Positions 1-9,701 of a stretch of DNA of 64,000 nucleotides are shown one piece after another. The DNA is from a candidate division FCPU426 bacterium (GTDB lineage: Bacteria > Oederibacteriota > JAAXVQ01 > JAUVAV01), in contig JBFLYH010000001.1 in NCBI GenBank assembly GCA_040756875.1, forward strand, positions 1,533,076 through 1,597,075, given 5' to 3'. Every line of letters begins with the position of its first letter. Position 1 is the stretch's first letter. The translations under genes and the position numbers were made by a program. The notes beneath the pieces were generated by a model. The model worked only from the letters and a program-made list of their open reading frames with translations, did not search any database and was not told the DNA's origin.

Positions 1-287
1 ATGTAGGCTTCCTTGAGTTCATTGGCCCGCAGGGTCTCCTTCACGGCCGCGCACAGCTGGTCCAGGGAATACGGGATGGGAATGCGGTAGATTTTGGCCG
101 AATCGAACAGCCGCTGCATGTGTTCCCGCAGCCGCAGCACGAACGAGCCTTTGGGATTGGCGTACATGCGCAGGCCGTCGAAGGCGCAGGACCCGTAGTG
201 CAGCGCATGGGTCAGCACATGCACCTGGGCCTGGTCCCAGGGCACCAGTTTCCCGTCCATCCATATGAATTTTTCCGGAAATCCCAT
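1..287 (-). CDS. ilvE: Branched-chain amino acid aminotransferase (N-terminal part; runs off window start)
   Basis: Not in the ORF track. Manual translation from ATG at 287 gives MGFPEKFIWMDGKLVPWDQAQVHVLTHALHYGSCAFDGLRMY...HMQRLFDSAKI, the class IV aminotransferase N-terminus. GGAG RBS upstream. Confidence 0.93.
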   Translation of the reverse strand, partial: MGFPEKFIWMDGKLVPWDQAQVHVLTHALHYGSCAFDGLRMYANPKGSFVLRLREHMQRLFDSAKIYRIPIPYSLDQLCAAVKETLRANELKEAY

Positions 288-508
288 GGTAAATCTCTCC
301 ATCCTGTCCTGCGTGGAGTCCCAACCGCAGATGTTTTTTGGAGGATCATATTACCCCGGCCCAGGGGGATAAGCAAGTTTTTTTAGTCCGGCCGGACCCG
401 GCCGACTTGCAATCAGCAGGCAATCATGTAAACTTAATGATATATTCGTCAACCGTCGCGCTATTCATAATGTATTTGTTGGAAAAGGAATCGGATAAAG
501 TGTCGGGT

Positions 509-3500
509 ATGCGTCTGACCAGAATGATCGCGCTTGTGACCGCCTGCTGGATGCTGCTGCCGCACCTGCAATGGGCGTTTGCCGAAACCACTTATGCCCC
601 GCCCGCAGATGCGTCCCTGCCTTCGGACGCGCCTCCGCCTTCGGTTTCATCCCTGCTCCTGAGCATTCCGCCTGCCTTGGGAACCATCGCCAGCCAATGG
701 ACGCCTGCGCCGGGCAAAACCAGCCGGCCCGGTTTGCTGGTCGTGCACATTCAGGACCTGCACTGCCATGCCGAGGCGCAAAAACGCATTGCGGATCTGC
801 TTGCCTATCTGGCGCGGGTCAACGGACTGGTCCTGGTGGGCGTGGAAGGCAGCGCCGGTGCGCTGGATGTCGGCAAGCTCGCTGCTTTTCCCGACGCCGG
901 AGCCAAAAGCGAAATCGGGCTGGCCCTCCTCCGGCAAGGCCGGTTGAGCGGGCCTGAATTTGCCGCGGCGGCCGGTCCAGCAACCTTGCGCCTGGAGGGC
1001 GTGGAAAACGCCGCGCTGTATGCAGCCAGCGAATCCTGTCTGGACCAATTTCTATCCGAGGAATCCCAGGGAACCATCGCCGATCTGCGCGATGCGCTGG
1101 AATCGCTGAAAGCCCGGGAATTCAACCCCAACCTGGCAGACCTCGACCGCCAACGCTCCGCCTTTCTGCGCGGAAATCTTGACGGCCTCGCCTATGCCGA
1201 GTGGCTCAAGCGCGCGGCCCGTCAGGCGCCGGGACTGGAGCCTGACGCTCTGCAAACCGCCCTCGGCCTGCGGGCTCCGGACGGGCCGGAAAATGAAGAA
1301 GCCTTCCTGGCCCAGGCCGAAACCGTGGACCAGGCACTGAGGCTGCGATGGTTCCAGCGGGACTTTGAACGGCAATTGGACGCTGCCGGCCGTTTTCTGG
1401 AAACCGCGGAAAAGCTGCTCGCCATTTCCGCCACGGCGCGGGAACTGCGTTGGTTCAGACACCAGCCCTGGGAACGCAGCTGGCAGGAGCTGCAAAACCT
1501 GTGGACCGAGGCTCAGACAGGTTTGGGGGCGGAGTTGCCCGCGGCCAGGCGCGCGCTCGAGGCAGCCGATCGTTTTTACCGCCTGGCCGACCAGCGCAGC
1601 GATTACTTGGCGGACAATCTCGCGGCTGCCGCGCAGGGCCAGGGCGTCCGGCTGGCGGCCCTGGTCACCGGCGGTTATCACACCGAACAGGTGCTGGCCC
1701 GGCTGCGGGCCCACGGCATTGCCTATGCCAGCATCAGGCCGCGGCTGACGCGCTGGGAGGACCCATCGCCGTATTACTCGCTGCTGCGCCGGACTCCCGG
1801 ACCCCTGGACCGCTTTCTCGGCGGGCAATCAGGGGCTTTTGCGCCGGCTTCCCTCTTCCCAACTGGTCCGGCGGAAAGCAGTGCGGCTGACGAGAACCTG
1901 CCGGAACCCAAACGCAGCCAGGCTTTGCGCCTGGACCTCGGGCTTAAACTCGCGGCCTTATGGTCCCTGGCCAGGCGCTGGGGCGCATGGGATCCCGACC
2001 GGGTCAAACGGGCCTTTCGCGGCCTGGTCTCCCGCTATCCGCGCAACAACCCGCGCCTTGTCCCCCGACTCGATGCCGCCCGCCAGGACGCAACTTCCCT
2101 GGCGGTTCCCTTCCAAATCGGCGATTCACAGCTGTGGGCTGTGTTGGAGCCGCAGACGCAGGCGGAATCGCCTGCCGCCGAGCCCGCGCTCGAGGAGATG
2201 CGCGGCCCCGGCTTGCGGATTCGCCTGCTGGGCCGGCAGCCTGCTTTAGCGTCCTGGGCGCGCCGCAGGGCCGAGGTGGCCGCGCGCTTGCGCGCCTGGT
2301 GGGGCCAGACGCTGCGGCAAGCCCTGGACCTGGCCTGGTCCGCCGCCCTCATGGCGCCCTCGCTCGCCCAGCCCCTGCTTCTGTTCGGCCTGCTCTGGCT
2401 CGCTCCGTTCGACGACTACTCGGTTCCACTCGCCGCAGCCGGTCTGTTCCCCATTGCTTCGCTGAAGCCTGAACGGCCGTTCCAGCCGCCTGTGCTCAAG
2501 CCCGGCCTGCTCTTCCGGCTTCCCAGGCAGGGCGTATTCATCATCACCCGCGTGACCGCGTCTCCGGACCGGGTTGAATTCAAATCCATCTCCGGCCAGG
2601 GCCAGTCCGTGGTCAGGCCCTCGACCTGGTTTTACAACCAGCCAGGCCTGGTTTTTTTCCCCGAACACTCCGCTTCATCGCGCTGGATCAACTGGGGGGC
2701 CTATGCGCTCTTTTTGCTGATCATCGCCTGGATGCTGGTGTCATGGATCTTCGAGCGCCCGCAGATCAGCCAAAACCAGCGCCAGGAAACCGAAGTCCAA
2801 ACCCAGGCCCCGGCCCAGGCGCCGCGGCAGGCAACCGCTCCCCGCGAGCCCGAAACCCTGCGCATCGCTCCCAGGCTTCCGGCTGAGCTCCAGCCGCTGG
2901 TTTCCTGTCCGGCCCTGCCTGATTCTCTCCTGTCCCGCGAGAATCTGACCGGGCAGTTTTTTCCGGTCGAATACGTCATGTTGAGGGATCTTTTCGCGGT
3001 GTTGTGCAACCTCAACGCTTTGTCGCCCGACCGGACCCGGAAAGGCCTCAGCCTGATCGCCCGGATCGACGGAGCCATCAACCAGGTCAATTTCGAACCG
3101 GACTGGGAGCAGCATCGGGGTCTACTGGAACTGACCCAGCGCTCGTACGCCGTCGAAATCCAGCCTGAGGAACCAAACCCCGCGCTTGACGAACTGTACG
3201 CCGTGCTGGCCAAGTCCATCGGCCAGTTGCGGGAACTCGTCACGACCGCGAACGCGGGAACGGAAATGGCCCAAGTCAATCAGGAACGGCGGGAAGCGGT
3301 CAGGCAGTTGCAGCGGGAGGAGAACGAAATCAACGACGCGGAATACAAGCGCCTCAATCAGGAACTCACGGATCGCATCAACGACCTGCGCAGCCAGGGC
3401 ATCGAAGACGCCTACATCGCCGACCTGCTGGGCTTGAAAGGCATTGCCCGCAACCTGTTCCTGACCCTGGGATACATCCTGGACGGTCTGGAAAACAACC

Positions 3501-4108
3501 AGGCCCAATGGCGGCAGGCGGTGGCGTATCTGTACGAGCAGCGCACGCGGCGGCATTACCCAGGTTCCGAACAATTCTGGCCGGATGTCAACCGGCTCGC
3601 TGAGATCGTGTTGAATCCGCGGGCCACCCCGGAGCAGCTCCAGGAAATCAAAATGGAGCTCGATCTCTTTTTCACCGAAGTCAGTTTCGGTTACTGGAAA
3701 ACGCCGGACAACCAAAGCTCCCTGCCCACCGCGCCCGGCCGCCAGCGGGCCTGGAACTCGCTCGGGGCGGTTTCACTGCCGTTCGTGACCGGCCTGGCGG
3801 CCCTTTTCACGGCTTGGTTCGGACTGGCTCTGCCGCTCGGACTGTGGGCCGGGCTCGGCCTGCCGCTGTCCCTGGCTGCGGGTTTGGTGCTGGGCGGCGC
3901 CCTGGTGGGTGCCTGGTGGTCTGCCCTGAAGCGGGTTGATGCGCGGGAGGGGAAAGGATTGCAAACCGCGGTCTTGCTGCCGAAAGCGCCCTGGCTCGTA
4001 CGCGCGGGCGGAGCGCTCTCGGGCTGGCGCCGGCTGCCCGGCGGCTGGTGGAACCGGCACCGCTTGCGCATGCCTTTTAAGCTGCGTTCGGTTGATCAGG
4101 CGATTTGA
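509..4108 (+). CDS. Large secreted/membrane protein of unknown function with putative metal-dependent hydrolase N-terminal domain
   Basis: Long ORF; start moved to ATG 509, which gives a signal peptide (MRLTRMIALV...WAFA). Motifs HIQDLHCHAEAQ, VGVEG, GVEN, LVTGGYHT; several hydrophobic segments in the middle and at the C-terminus. Confidence 0.8.
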   Translation: MRLTRMIALVTACWMLLPHLQWAFAETTYAPPADASLPSDAPPPSVSSLLLSIPPALGTIASQWTPAPGKTSRPGLLVVHIQDLHCHAEAQKRIADLLAYLARVNGLVLVGVEGSAGALDVGKLAAFPDAGAKSEIGLALLRQGRLSGPEFAAAAGPATLRLEGVENAALYAASESCLDQFLSEESQGTIADLRDALESLKAREFNPNLADLDRQRSAFLRGNLDGLAYAEWLKRAARQAPGLEPDALQTALGLRAPDGPENEEAFLAQAETVDQALRLRWFQRDFERQLDAAGRFLETAEKLLAISATARELRWFRHQPWERSWQELQNLWTEAQTGLGAELPAARRALEAADRFYRLADQRSDYLADNLAAAAQGQGVRLAALVTGGYHTEQVLARLRAHGIAYASIRPRLTRWEDPSPYYSLLRRTPGPLDRFLGGQSGAFAPASLFPTGPAESSAADENLPEPKRSQALRLDLGLKLAALWSLARRWGAWDPDRVKRAFRGLVSRYPRNNPRLVPRLDAARQDATSLAVPFQIGDSQLWAVLEPQTQAESPAAEPALEEMRGPGLRIRLLGRQPALASWARRRAEVAARLRAWWGQTLRQALDLAWSAALMAPSLAQPLLLFGLLWLAPFDDYSVPLAAAGLFPIASLKPERPFQPPVLKPGLLFRLPRQGVFIITRVTASPDRVEFKSISGQGQSVVRPSTWFYNQPGLVFFPEHSASSRWINWGAYALFLLIIAWMLVSWIFERPQISQNQRQETEVQTQAPAQAPRQATAPREPETLRIAPRLPAELQPLVSCPALPDSLLSRENLTGQFFPVEYVMLRDLFAVLCNLNALSPDRTRKGLSLIARIDGAINQVNFEPDWEQHRGLLELTQRSYAVEIQPEEPNPALDELYAVLAKSIGQLRELVTTANAGTEMAQVNQERREAVRQLQREENEINDAEYKRLNQELTDRINDLRSQGIEDAYIADLLGLKGIARNLFLTLGYILDGLENNQAQWRQAVAYLYEQRTRRHYPGSEQFWPDVNRLAEIVLNPRATPEQLQEIKMELDLFFTEVSFGYWKTPDNQSSLPTAPGRQRAWNSLGAVSLPFVTGLAALFTAWFGLALPLGLWAGLGLPLSLAAGLVLGGALVGAWWSALKRVDAREGKGLQTAVLLPKAPWLVRAGGALSGWRRLPGGWWNRHRLRMPFKLRSVDQAI

Positions 4109-4144
4109 ACCGGCGTTCCTGCGAAATTCCAAAATCCCGCGGTA

Positions 4145-4525
4145 TTAACTCCCCTGGTTGAGCCACAACTGCTCGAACCATTTCAGGAACTCGAGGGAAT
4201 CGGGCGTGATGTCCGTGAACTCCAGGCCGGCTTTGAAGGGTTTGGGCGCTTGGGGAGGGTTTTCGGTGATCCAGACCACGCGGGCGTGCGCCTGGATAGT
4301 GCGGACGCTTTTGCCTTCGGACAGGGACAGGCTGAGGCTGAGGCGCTGGTTGATGTCCAATTTTTCCGACACGTAAATCTGCAAGCCGCCGCGCGAGGCG
4401 TCCTGGGTCAGGCCTTCGCCGAAGCGCGTATGGTCGTCCACCTGATAGCGGAAAGGCAGGTGGATGACAAAACGCGGAAAGGTGCGGCGTTCAAATTCGA
4501 CTTCCCCGTATTTCGACTCGGTCAT
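4145..4525 (-). CDS. Stand-alone PilZ domain protein
   Basis: ERRTFPR (RxxxR), DASRGG (D/NxSxxG), ARVVW...GLEF. Confidence 0.9.
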   Translation of the reverse strand: MTESKYGEVEFERRTFPRFVIHLPFRYQVDDHTRFGEGLTQDASRGGLQIYVSEKLDINQRLSLSLSLSEGKSVRTIQAHARVVWITENPPQAPKPFKAGLEFTDITPDSLEFLKWFEQLWLNQGS

Positions 4526-4601
4526 GTCCTGCTCCTGGATGCCACAGCATCGTTTGTTTGCGGCCGGGCCCTGACCCCCTCTGCGCCGAAACCCGCGGCC
4601 C

Positions 4602-4976
4602 TCAAGCCGGCTGCTCTTCCTGCCAATACTTGATGAATTGGCGCCACAAGCCTTCGGTTTCCGGGCTCAGGTCAATGAACTGCAGGCCGGCCTGACACAT
4701 CCAGCCGCCCTCGAACTCGCCTTCCTTGACCCAGGCCACCTTGGCCCGCGCGCGGCACAGCTTCCGTTCCTCGCCGACCGGCAGCAGAATCGTAACTTCC
4801 AGGACGTCGCCCTGGGCCACCAGCTTGGGGAGCAGCGCCATAATCCCGCCGATGGACACGTTCTGGGAGACGCCTTCGGGCGTAAATGCGCCGGTGGATT
4901 GGTATGCCAGCGGAAGAGAAAAATCCATGCGCGGATAGTGACGACGGTCGAATTGAGCGCTGCCGAACCCTTTCAT
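4602..4976 (-). CDS. Stand-alone PilZ domain protein
   Basis: DRRHYPR, NVSIGG, AKVAW...GLQF. Start ATG 4976 follows a GGAGG RBS. Confidence 0.9.
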   Translation of the reverse strand: MKGFGSAQFDRRHYPRMDFSLPLAYQSTGAFTPEGVSQNVSIGGIMALLPKLVAQGDVLEVTILLPVGEERKLCRARAKVAWVKEGEFEGGWMCQAGLQFIDLSPETEGLWRQFIKYWQEEQPA

Positions 4977-5061
4977 GCCTTCCTCCCGGTCTTTTACAGG
5001 CAACCACAAAGGGCCTAGAGACCAACCGTCTCTCTGCGTTCTTTGGGGTCCGTTTTTAACC

Positions 5062-5505
5062 TCATGTATACAACTGCGAATTCGGCTGATCCAGCTGGAA
5101 TTCCACCAGGAACTCCTTCAGCCACTTGCGGTGATTCTGTTCCAAGTCCAGGAACTGCACGCCAGCCAAAAAGCCGTTGCTCGGCGCCGCGGCGCTCCAC
5201 GCCACCCGCGAGAGGATTTCCACGCGCTGGCATTCCTCCTCCGGGCAGGTGAGATGCTCCATGGCGGGCTGGCGCCGGTCCTGAGGAGGCAGAAACAGGG
5301 TCAGCATCAGGACCTGGTCCGCTTTCAGGGGCTGATGGGTGCGCAGCAGCAAGCCGCCTGCGCCCAGGTCTTCCGCCAGGTCCGAACGCACGGTTGAAAC
5401 ATGGTCGCGCTCCAGGCAGCGGTAAGTGACTTTCAACTTGATCGGCCGGCGCACGAATTTACGCCGCTCGGCGCCGGTCTCGCCGTTGAACACCGCATCA
5501 GGCAT
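5062..5505 (-). CDS. Stand-alone PilZ domain protein
   Basis: ERRKFVR, DLGAGG, SRVAW...GVQF. Start ATG 5505 follows an AGGAGG RBS. Confidence 0.88.
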   Translation of the reverse strand: MPDAVFNGETGAERRKFVRRPIKLKVTYRCLERDHVSTVRSDLAEDLGAGGLLLRTHQPLKADQVLMLTLFLPPQDRRQPAMEHLTCPEEECQRVEILSRVAWSAAAPSNGFLAGVQFLDLEQNHRKWLKEFLVEFQLDQPNSQLYT

Positions 5506-5518
5506 AGGCGCTTCCCTC

Positions 5519-8500
5519 CTACGGTTTGGGAGCCGGGGACCCCGATTCCGGCACGTCGGCGATCTGGAGCAACACGGCGCCCGACCATTGCCAATCACCT
5601 CCGGGCAGTTCGAGCACCAGACGGCCGTGATCTTTGGCCCATACCCAGTTCGGCCACGAACCAAGGCGGAACACATAAGGCCGCGCCACGGCCGAGGCCC
5701 GCAGGGTGAAGGTCACGCGCTGGCCGGAGTCTAAAGGCCCCCAGGCGAGCGTCGCAGTCCGGCCGGCCAGGGTTTCGGGCACCGCCAGCTTAAGGACCAG
5801 GACATTGCCTTTGGAATCGGCATTGGCCGCGAGGTTCAAGGCCAGGCGCACCGGCGCACCGGACGGCCCGATGCTCAGACTCTCCGCTTCGGCGGTCACG
5901 GTCAGTCCGGCGGGTTCGACCGCTCCTGCACCCGCAGCCGGCGCGTAGCGGGCCAGCGCGCCGCCCTGGCTGGGATCATACTTGCTTTGCCCGCCCCAGT
6001 ACGCGGGCAGGCCGAACAACGGCAGGGGCTTCATCCAGGCTGCCACCGCCGCCGGCTCGGGTCCGAATCCTTCCTGGCGGGGCAGCAACAGCACATTGTC
6101 GCCGACCACGGCCGACGGCACGTAGGTCTTCAGCAGGTATTCAGCCACCGCGTACTGCCGGACCACGGGTGAAACCGCATCCAGCGAAGCAGGGTCAGCC
6201 TCCGGCGGCGCCGTGATGACGGCCTTGACCGGCGAACTGCTCAAGGCCCTGATCACCTCCAGCTGTTGCGTCAGGCTGGCCTGTTCGAGGGTGGAGAGGG
6301 CGCTGACCACGGGCAGCCGCGGCACCAGGAAATACCACAACGGCTGGTTGGAAAAATCGTAGAACGGCTCCCCGGTCCCGACCTGGCCTTCGAGGTACGA
6401 TGCCACCTGGTCCAGGGCCTCGGCCTGCTTGGCCGGCAAAAAGGTTTTTTGCAGCCGCTCGGTCTTGCCCTGGCTCAATCCGTCCACGGTCAGGCGGGTT
6501 TTATCGGCAAAGCCGCCGATCCAGTCGACCAGCGGCCGGCCGCCCGGATAAGGCAGAAACGCCGGCACCAACGCCAGCGCAAAAACCAGGGACCTGAGCC
6601 GCCGCTGCCGGCGCGACAGTTGATAGAGGAAAAATGCCAGCAACATGGCGGCCAGAGGCAGCGCGTCCTGCAGAAACGCCCAGTCGCCACGTCCGAGGAA
6701 GCGCATCCAAAACCAACCGGTCAGCACCAACAGCAGCAGCACGTTCCACGGCGGCGTCCCGCCTTCGTTCTGGCTGCGCCACTCGGCGAACCAAACCAGG
6801 ACGCCCGTTGCCAGCAAAAGCGGGGGCAGCAGGAAGGCCAGTTGCGCCCCCAAACCGGGCGCCGCACCCCAGGCGGGCAGCGGCAGCCCGAAAACCGGGC
6901 CGTAAGCCTGCAGCACCCAGGCAAAGTTCTGGAAATACGCACCCAGGCTGCCGCTCATGGCCAGGTACAGCCACCACGGCAGGGAGATCACGGCCACGCC
7001 CGCCAGGTACAAACCAAAATGCAAGGTCCGTTCCCGCCATTCCTTCAAGCCTGTAAGCACATAAACGGCCAGCAGCACCACTTGCCCGCCGAAAGCCAGC
7101 AGGCCTGCGGTGTAGGACGCGAGCAGCGACAGGATCGTGAAGAGCGCGGACAGCAGCAGCACGGGCCAGCGCGGCCGCTGCAGGTAATAGAGGGTGAAGA
7201 TGAACCCCACCAGCGGGAAAAAGAACCGCGCCTGGGGAATCGTACCCGCGGCGCCGGTGAGCATCACCAGCGCATACAGCAAGGCCCAGGGCCAGGGCAG
7301 GCAAAAAATGGAAAGCAGGTACAGCGCCATCAACCCGAACGGTGCCAGATAATTCAGCCACAGGCGGAACGCGCCTACCGTGGGGCCGAGCCAGCTGATC
7401 GCGGTCAGGCTGCTGACCACATCCGTCAAAAACCCGTGGCGCAGCAGGATTTCCTTGAACGGCAGGTGCCCGAGAAGCGCGGCTTGCGCGACCCCCAGGG
7501 CTTCCCCGTCCTTCCACAAATCCAGCGCTCCCAAGACTTTGGACTGACTGTAAGCTCCGCCCGCCGGCCAGAAAGCCACGGCCAGCAACAGGCAGGGAAT
7601 GGCCAGGATCAGCATCAGGGCGCGGAACAGCTCTTCCCAGGCAGGTGACAATTCCACGGGCAGGCGCCGCAGCCGCAGCAAAGCCAGTATGAGCACGGCC
7701 AGCAGCCCCGCGCCGGCAGCCAGAAGCAGCCACAGGCCCAGCGAGCCGAGCGCATGCTGCCCCACTTCCTGGCCTTGCGCCAGATACTGCACGCCGCTGA
7801 AGGTATTGAGGGGAAGAATAGCCAGAGGCAGGAACGCCAGGGCCAGGGCCAGGTAGATTTGGTCAAACGTGTGGCGGCGAAACACCCAGCTCAGGACCCA
7901 GGCCAGGAGCAGCGAACCCAGCCAGCCCAGCAGCCCGAATCCGGCGGGCAGCCACAATCCCGGAACCGGAGCGTAGCCCAGGGATTGCACGAACCACCCT
8001 ACGCCGCCGAACAGGGCGATGACCGCTCCGAACGTAAACAGTCCCAGGGGATGATACTCCGTTTCCGTGGGATGAGCGATGAACAGTTTGCGCTTGTCCC
8101 GTTGTTCGCCCAGTGCAGCCAGGAAAAATCCCAGAACCAGCAGGGCGAAAGCCGCGGCTGAATAGGGAAGCTCGGAACGGCCTTGCAGCAGAAACGTGAT
8201 CTGCGGGAAAAAAGCGGCGTACGCCATGGCGGCGCGCTTCAAAGCCGTGGCAGCAGGCAAAGGCGCGATCAAACGCTGAGTTTGCGCAATCAGCAGCCAC
8301 AGCCATTGGGCCACCCAGGCGCCGGCAATGCCGGCTGCGATTAGGAGCCAGGCTTTCGCCGGACCGCCGGCCACGGGCAAGCCCAGGGCCGCAGGCCCTA
8401 CGATCCCATCCTGATCCGGAACCGGCCATTGCCAGCCTGCGAACGCCATCCAACCCAGGGCGATGCCGGCCACCAAGCCGGCCACCAGCACGAGCCCGCG

Positions 8501-8563
8501 ATGGATGAACAAATCCTCGGAAAAAGCGGTCTCCCGGATCGGGTGGGCAACGGTTTCGCTCAT
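5519..8563 (-). CDS. Large polytopic membrane protein (possible GT-C-type glycosyltransferase) with soluble C-terminal domain
   Basis: 1014-aa ORF with roughly 20 hydrophobic helices by eye, then a ~330-aa soluble tail. RBS GGGAG. The function is inference only. Confidence 0.7.
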   Translation of the reverse strand: MSETVAHPIRETAFSEDLFIHRGLVLVAGLVAGIALGWMAFAGWQWPVPDQDGIVGPAALGLPVAGGPAKAWLLIAAGIAGAWVAQWLWLLIAQTQRLIAPLPAATALKRAAMAYAAFFPQITFLLQGRSELPYSAAAFALLVLGFFLAALGEQRDKRKLFIAHPTETEYHPLGLFTFGAVIALFGGVGWFVQSLGYAPVPGLWLPAGFGLLGWLGSLLLAWVLSWVFRRHTFDQIYLALALAFLPLAILPLNTFSGVQYLAQGQEVGQHALGSLGLWLLLAAGAGLLAVLILALLRLRRLPVELSPAWEELFRALMLILAIPCLLLAVAFWPAGGAYSQSKVLGALDLWKDGEALGVAQAALLGHLPFKEILLRHGFLTDVVSSLTAISWLGPTVGAFRLWLNYLAPFGLMALYLLSIFCLPWPWALLYALVMLTGAAGTIPQARFFFPLVGFIFTLYYLQRPRWPVLLLSALFTILSLLASYTAGLLAFGGQVVLLAVYVLTGLKEWRERTLHFGLYLAGVAVISLPWWLYLAMSGSLGAYFQNFAWVLQAYGPVFGLPLPAWGAAPGLGAQLAFLLPPLLLATGVLVWFAEWRSQNEGGTPPWNVLLLLVLTGWFWMRFLGRGDWAFLQDALPLAAMLLAFFLYQLSRRQRRLRSLVFALALVPAFLPYPGGRPLVDWIGGFADKTRLTVDGLSQGKTERLQKTFLPAKQAEALDQVASYLEGQVGTGEPFYDFSNQPLWYFLVPRLPVVSALSTLEQASLTQQLEVIRALSSSPVKAVITAPPEADPASLDAVSPVVRQYAVAEYLLKTYVPSAVVGDNVLLLPRQEGFGPEPAAVAAWMKPLPLFGLPAYWGGQSKYDPSQGGALARYAPAAGAGAVEPAGLTVTAEAESLSIGPSGAPVRLALNLAANADSKGNVLVLKLAVPETLAGRTATLAWGPLDSGQRVTFTLRASAVARPYVFRLGSWPNWVWAKDHGRLVLELPGGDWQWSGAVLLQIADVPESGSPAPKP

Positions 8564-8614
8564 AACCTATTCTCCCTTCGGGCTGTAGCCGATCGTTTTC
8601 TGTTCGGGATGGGA

Positions 8615-9508
8615 TTATTTAAAGACGTCGATTCCGGTATAAGCCTTAACATTGACCGGCATGCCGGCGACGAACAACTGATAATACAGGCGCTTCCCAA
8701 CCGCCGCGCCCCCCGTGCTTCCCACCGAACCCAGCCGGTCTCCGCGCATGACGGTCTGGCCGGCTTTAACGTCCAGATTCTTCAAGTGGCAATAAAGCGT
8801 GGCAAACGAAAAGCCGTGGTCGATCAAAACCGTATTACCGAGCATGGGCAGGTTCTCTGCCAGCCGGATCAGCCCGTCGGCCGCGGCGTTGACTTCCACG
8901 GCCGTGGCGCTGACAGGGATGATCTCCAGCCCTTCCAGCGCGACTTCGGCCTTGCCCGCGTACTCCCGGCGCATGCCGAACTCCGAAACGATCTCACCGC
9001 CCAGAGGCAGCAGCAGATCCTGCAGTTTGACAGCCTTGAATTTCGACTTGGCCAGCATCTGCTGGATCCGCATCCGGTCCACCACATATTGCTCGGCGTT
9101 GAACTTTTTGCCGGGAACCGTCTGGAGGGGGCGGGGCAGAAAATCAGGCAGGATTTGGATCTGAAATTCCTCGCGGACCTGTGCCGCCTTTTTTTCCCGC
9201 GGCCGGAAGGTAAAGGTCAGCGGATAGGCACCGGGGTCCACCTTGGCCACGGGCACGAAGGCAGTGTAGGTTCCTGGCGCGAGATCGCGCCGGGGATAAA
9301 GCCGGTAGGTGCGGTCGATAAACCGGAGGGACCCGTTGCGGATGTCCTGAGGCAGCACCACGCCCAGGCTCAGCACATCGCCGGGCGAGGCCTGGTCTTG
9401 GGGAATAATATATTGAATCTTCTGGGCCAGCCGCTCGCTGACCGAGGCGCAACCGGCAATAGCCGCCAAGGCCAGAACAACCAGGGTACGGAGAATATGG
9501 TTTCGCAC
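8615..9508 (-). CDS. M23 (LytM) family lipoprotein, catalytically degenerate
   Basis: Lipobox IAGC; M23 core SEFG...GNTVLIDHG...LYCHL...VGSTG; Zn-ligand motifs replaced. Confidence 0.88.
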   Translation of the reverse strand: MRNHILRTLVVLALAAIAGCASVSERLAQKIQYIIPQDQASPGDVLSLGVVLPQDIRNGSLRFIDRTYRLYPRRDLAPGTYTAFVPVAKVDPGAYPLTFTFRPREKKAAQVREEFQIQILPDFLPRPLQTVPGKKFNAEQYVVDRMRIQQMLAKSKFKAVKLQDLLLPLGGEIVSEFGMRREYAGKAEVALEGLEIIPVSATAVEVNAAADGLIRLAENLPMLGNTVLIDHGFSFATLYCHLKNLDVKAGQTVMRGDRLGSVGSTGGAAVGKRLYYQLFVAGMPVNVKAYTGIDVFK

Positions 9509-9701
9509 TTGGTGTGGACTCCTTCACCGGTATGTTTTTCGGCGGGCCGCTGCAGACCAGACGCCGCAAAACAAGCTGATTTTAAAGGATATTTCTCCGG
9601 CGGCAAGCAGCGCCCCCCGGCGTTTCAGTTCATTCGTTCCATAGTATTATATTCGGACGCCTGTGGCAAACGTCAAGTCCATTTTACCGCGTTTACAGGG
9701 T

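Noticed and set aside
9510-9700. Riboswitch in the M23 gene leader
   Set aside because: No c-di-GMP, glycine or other aptamer consensus could be matched.
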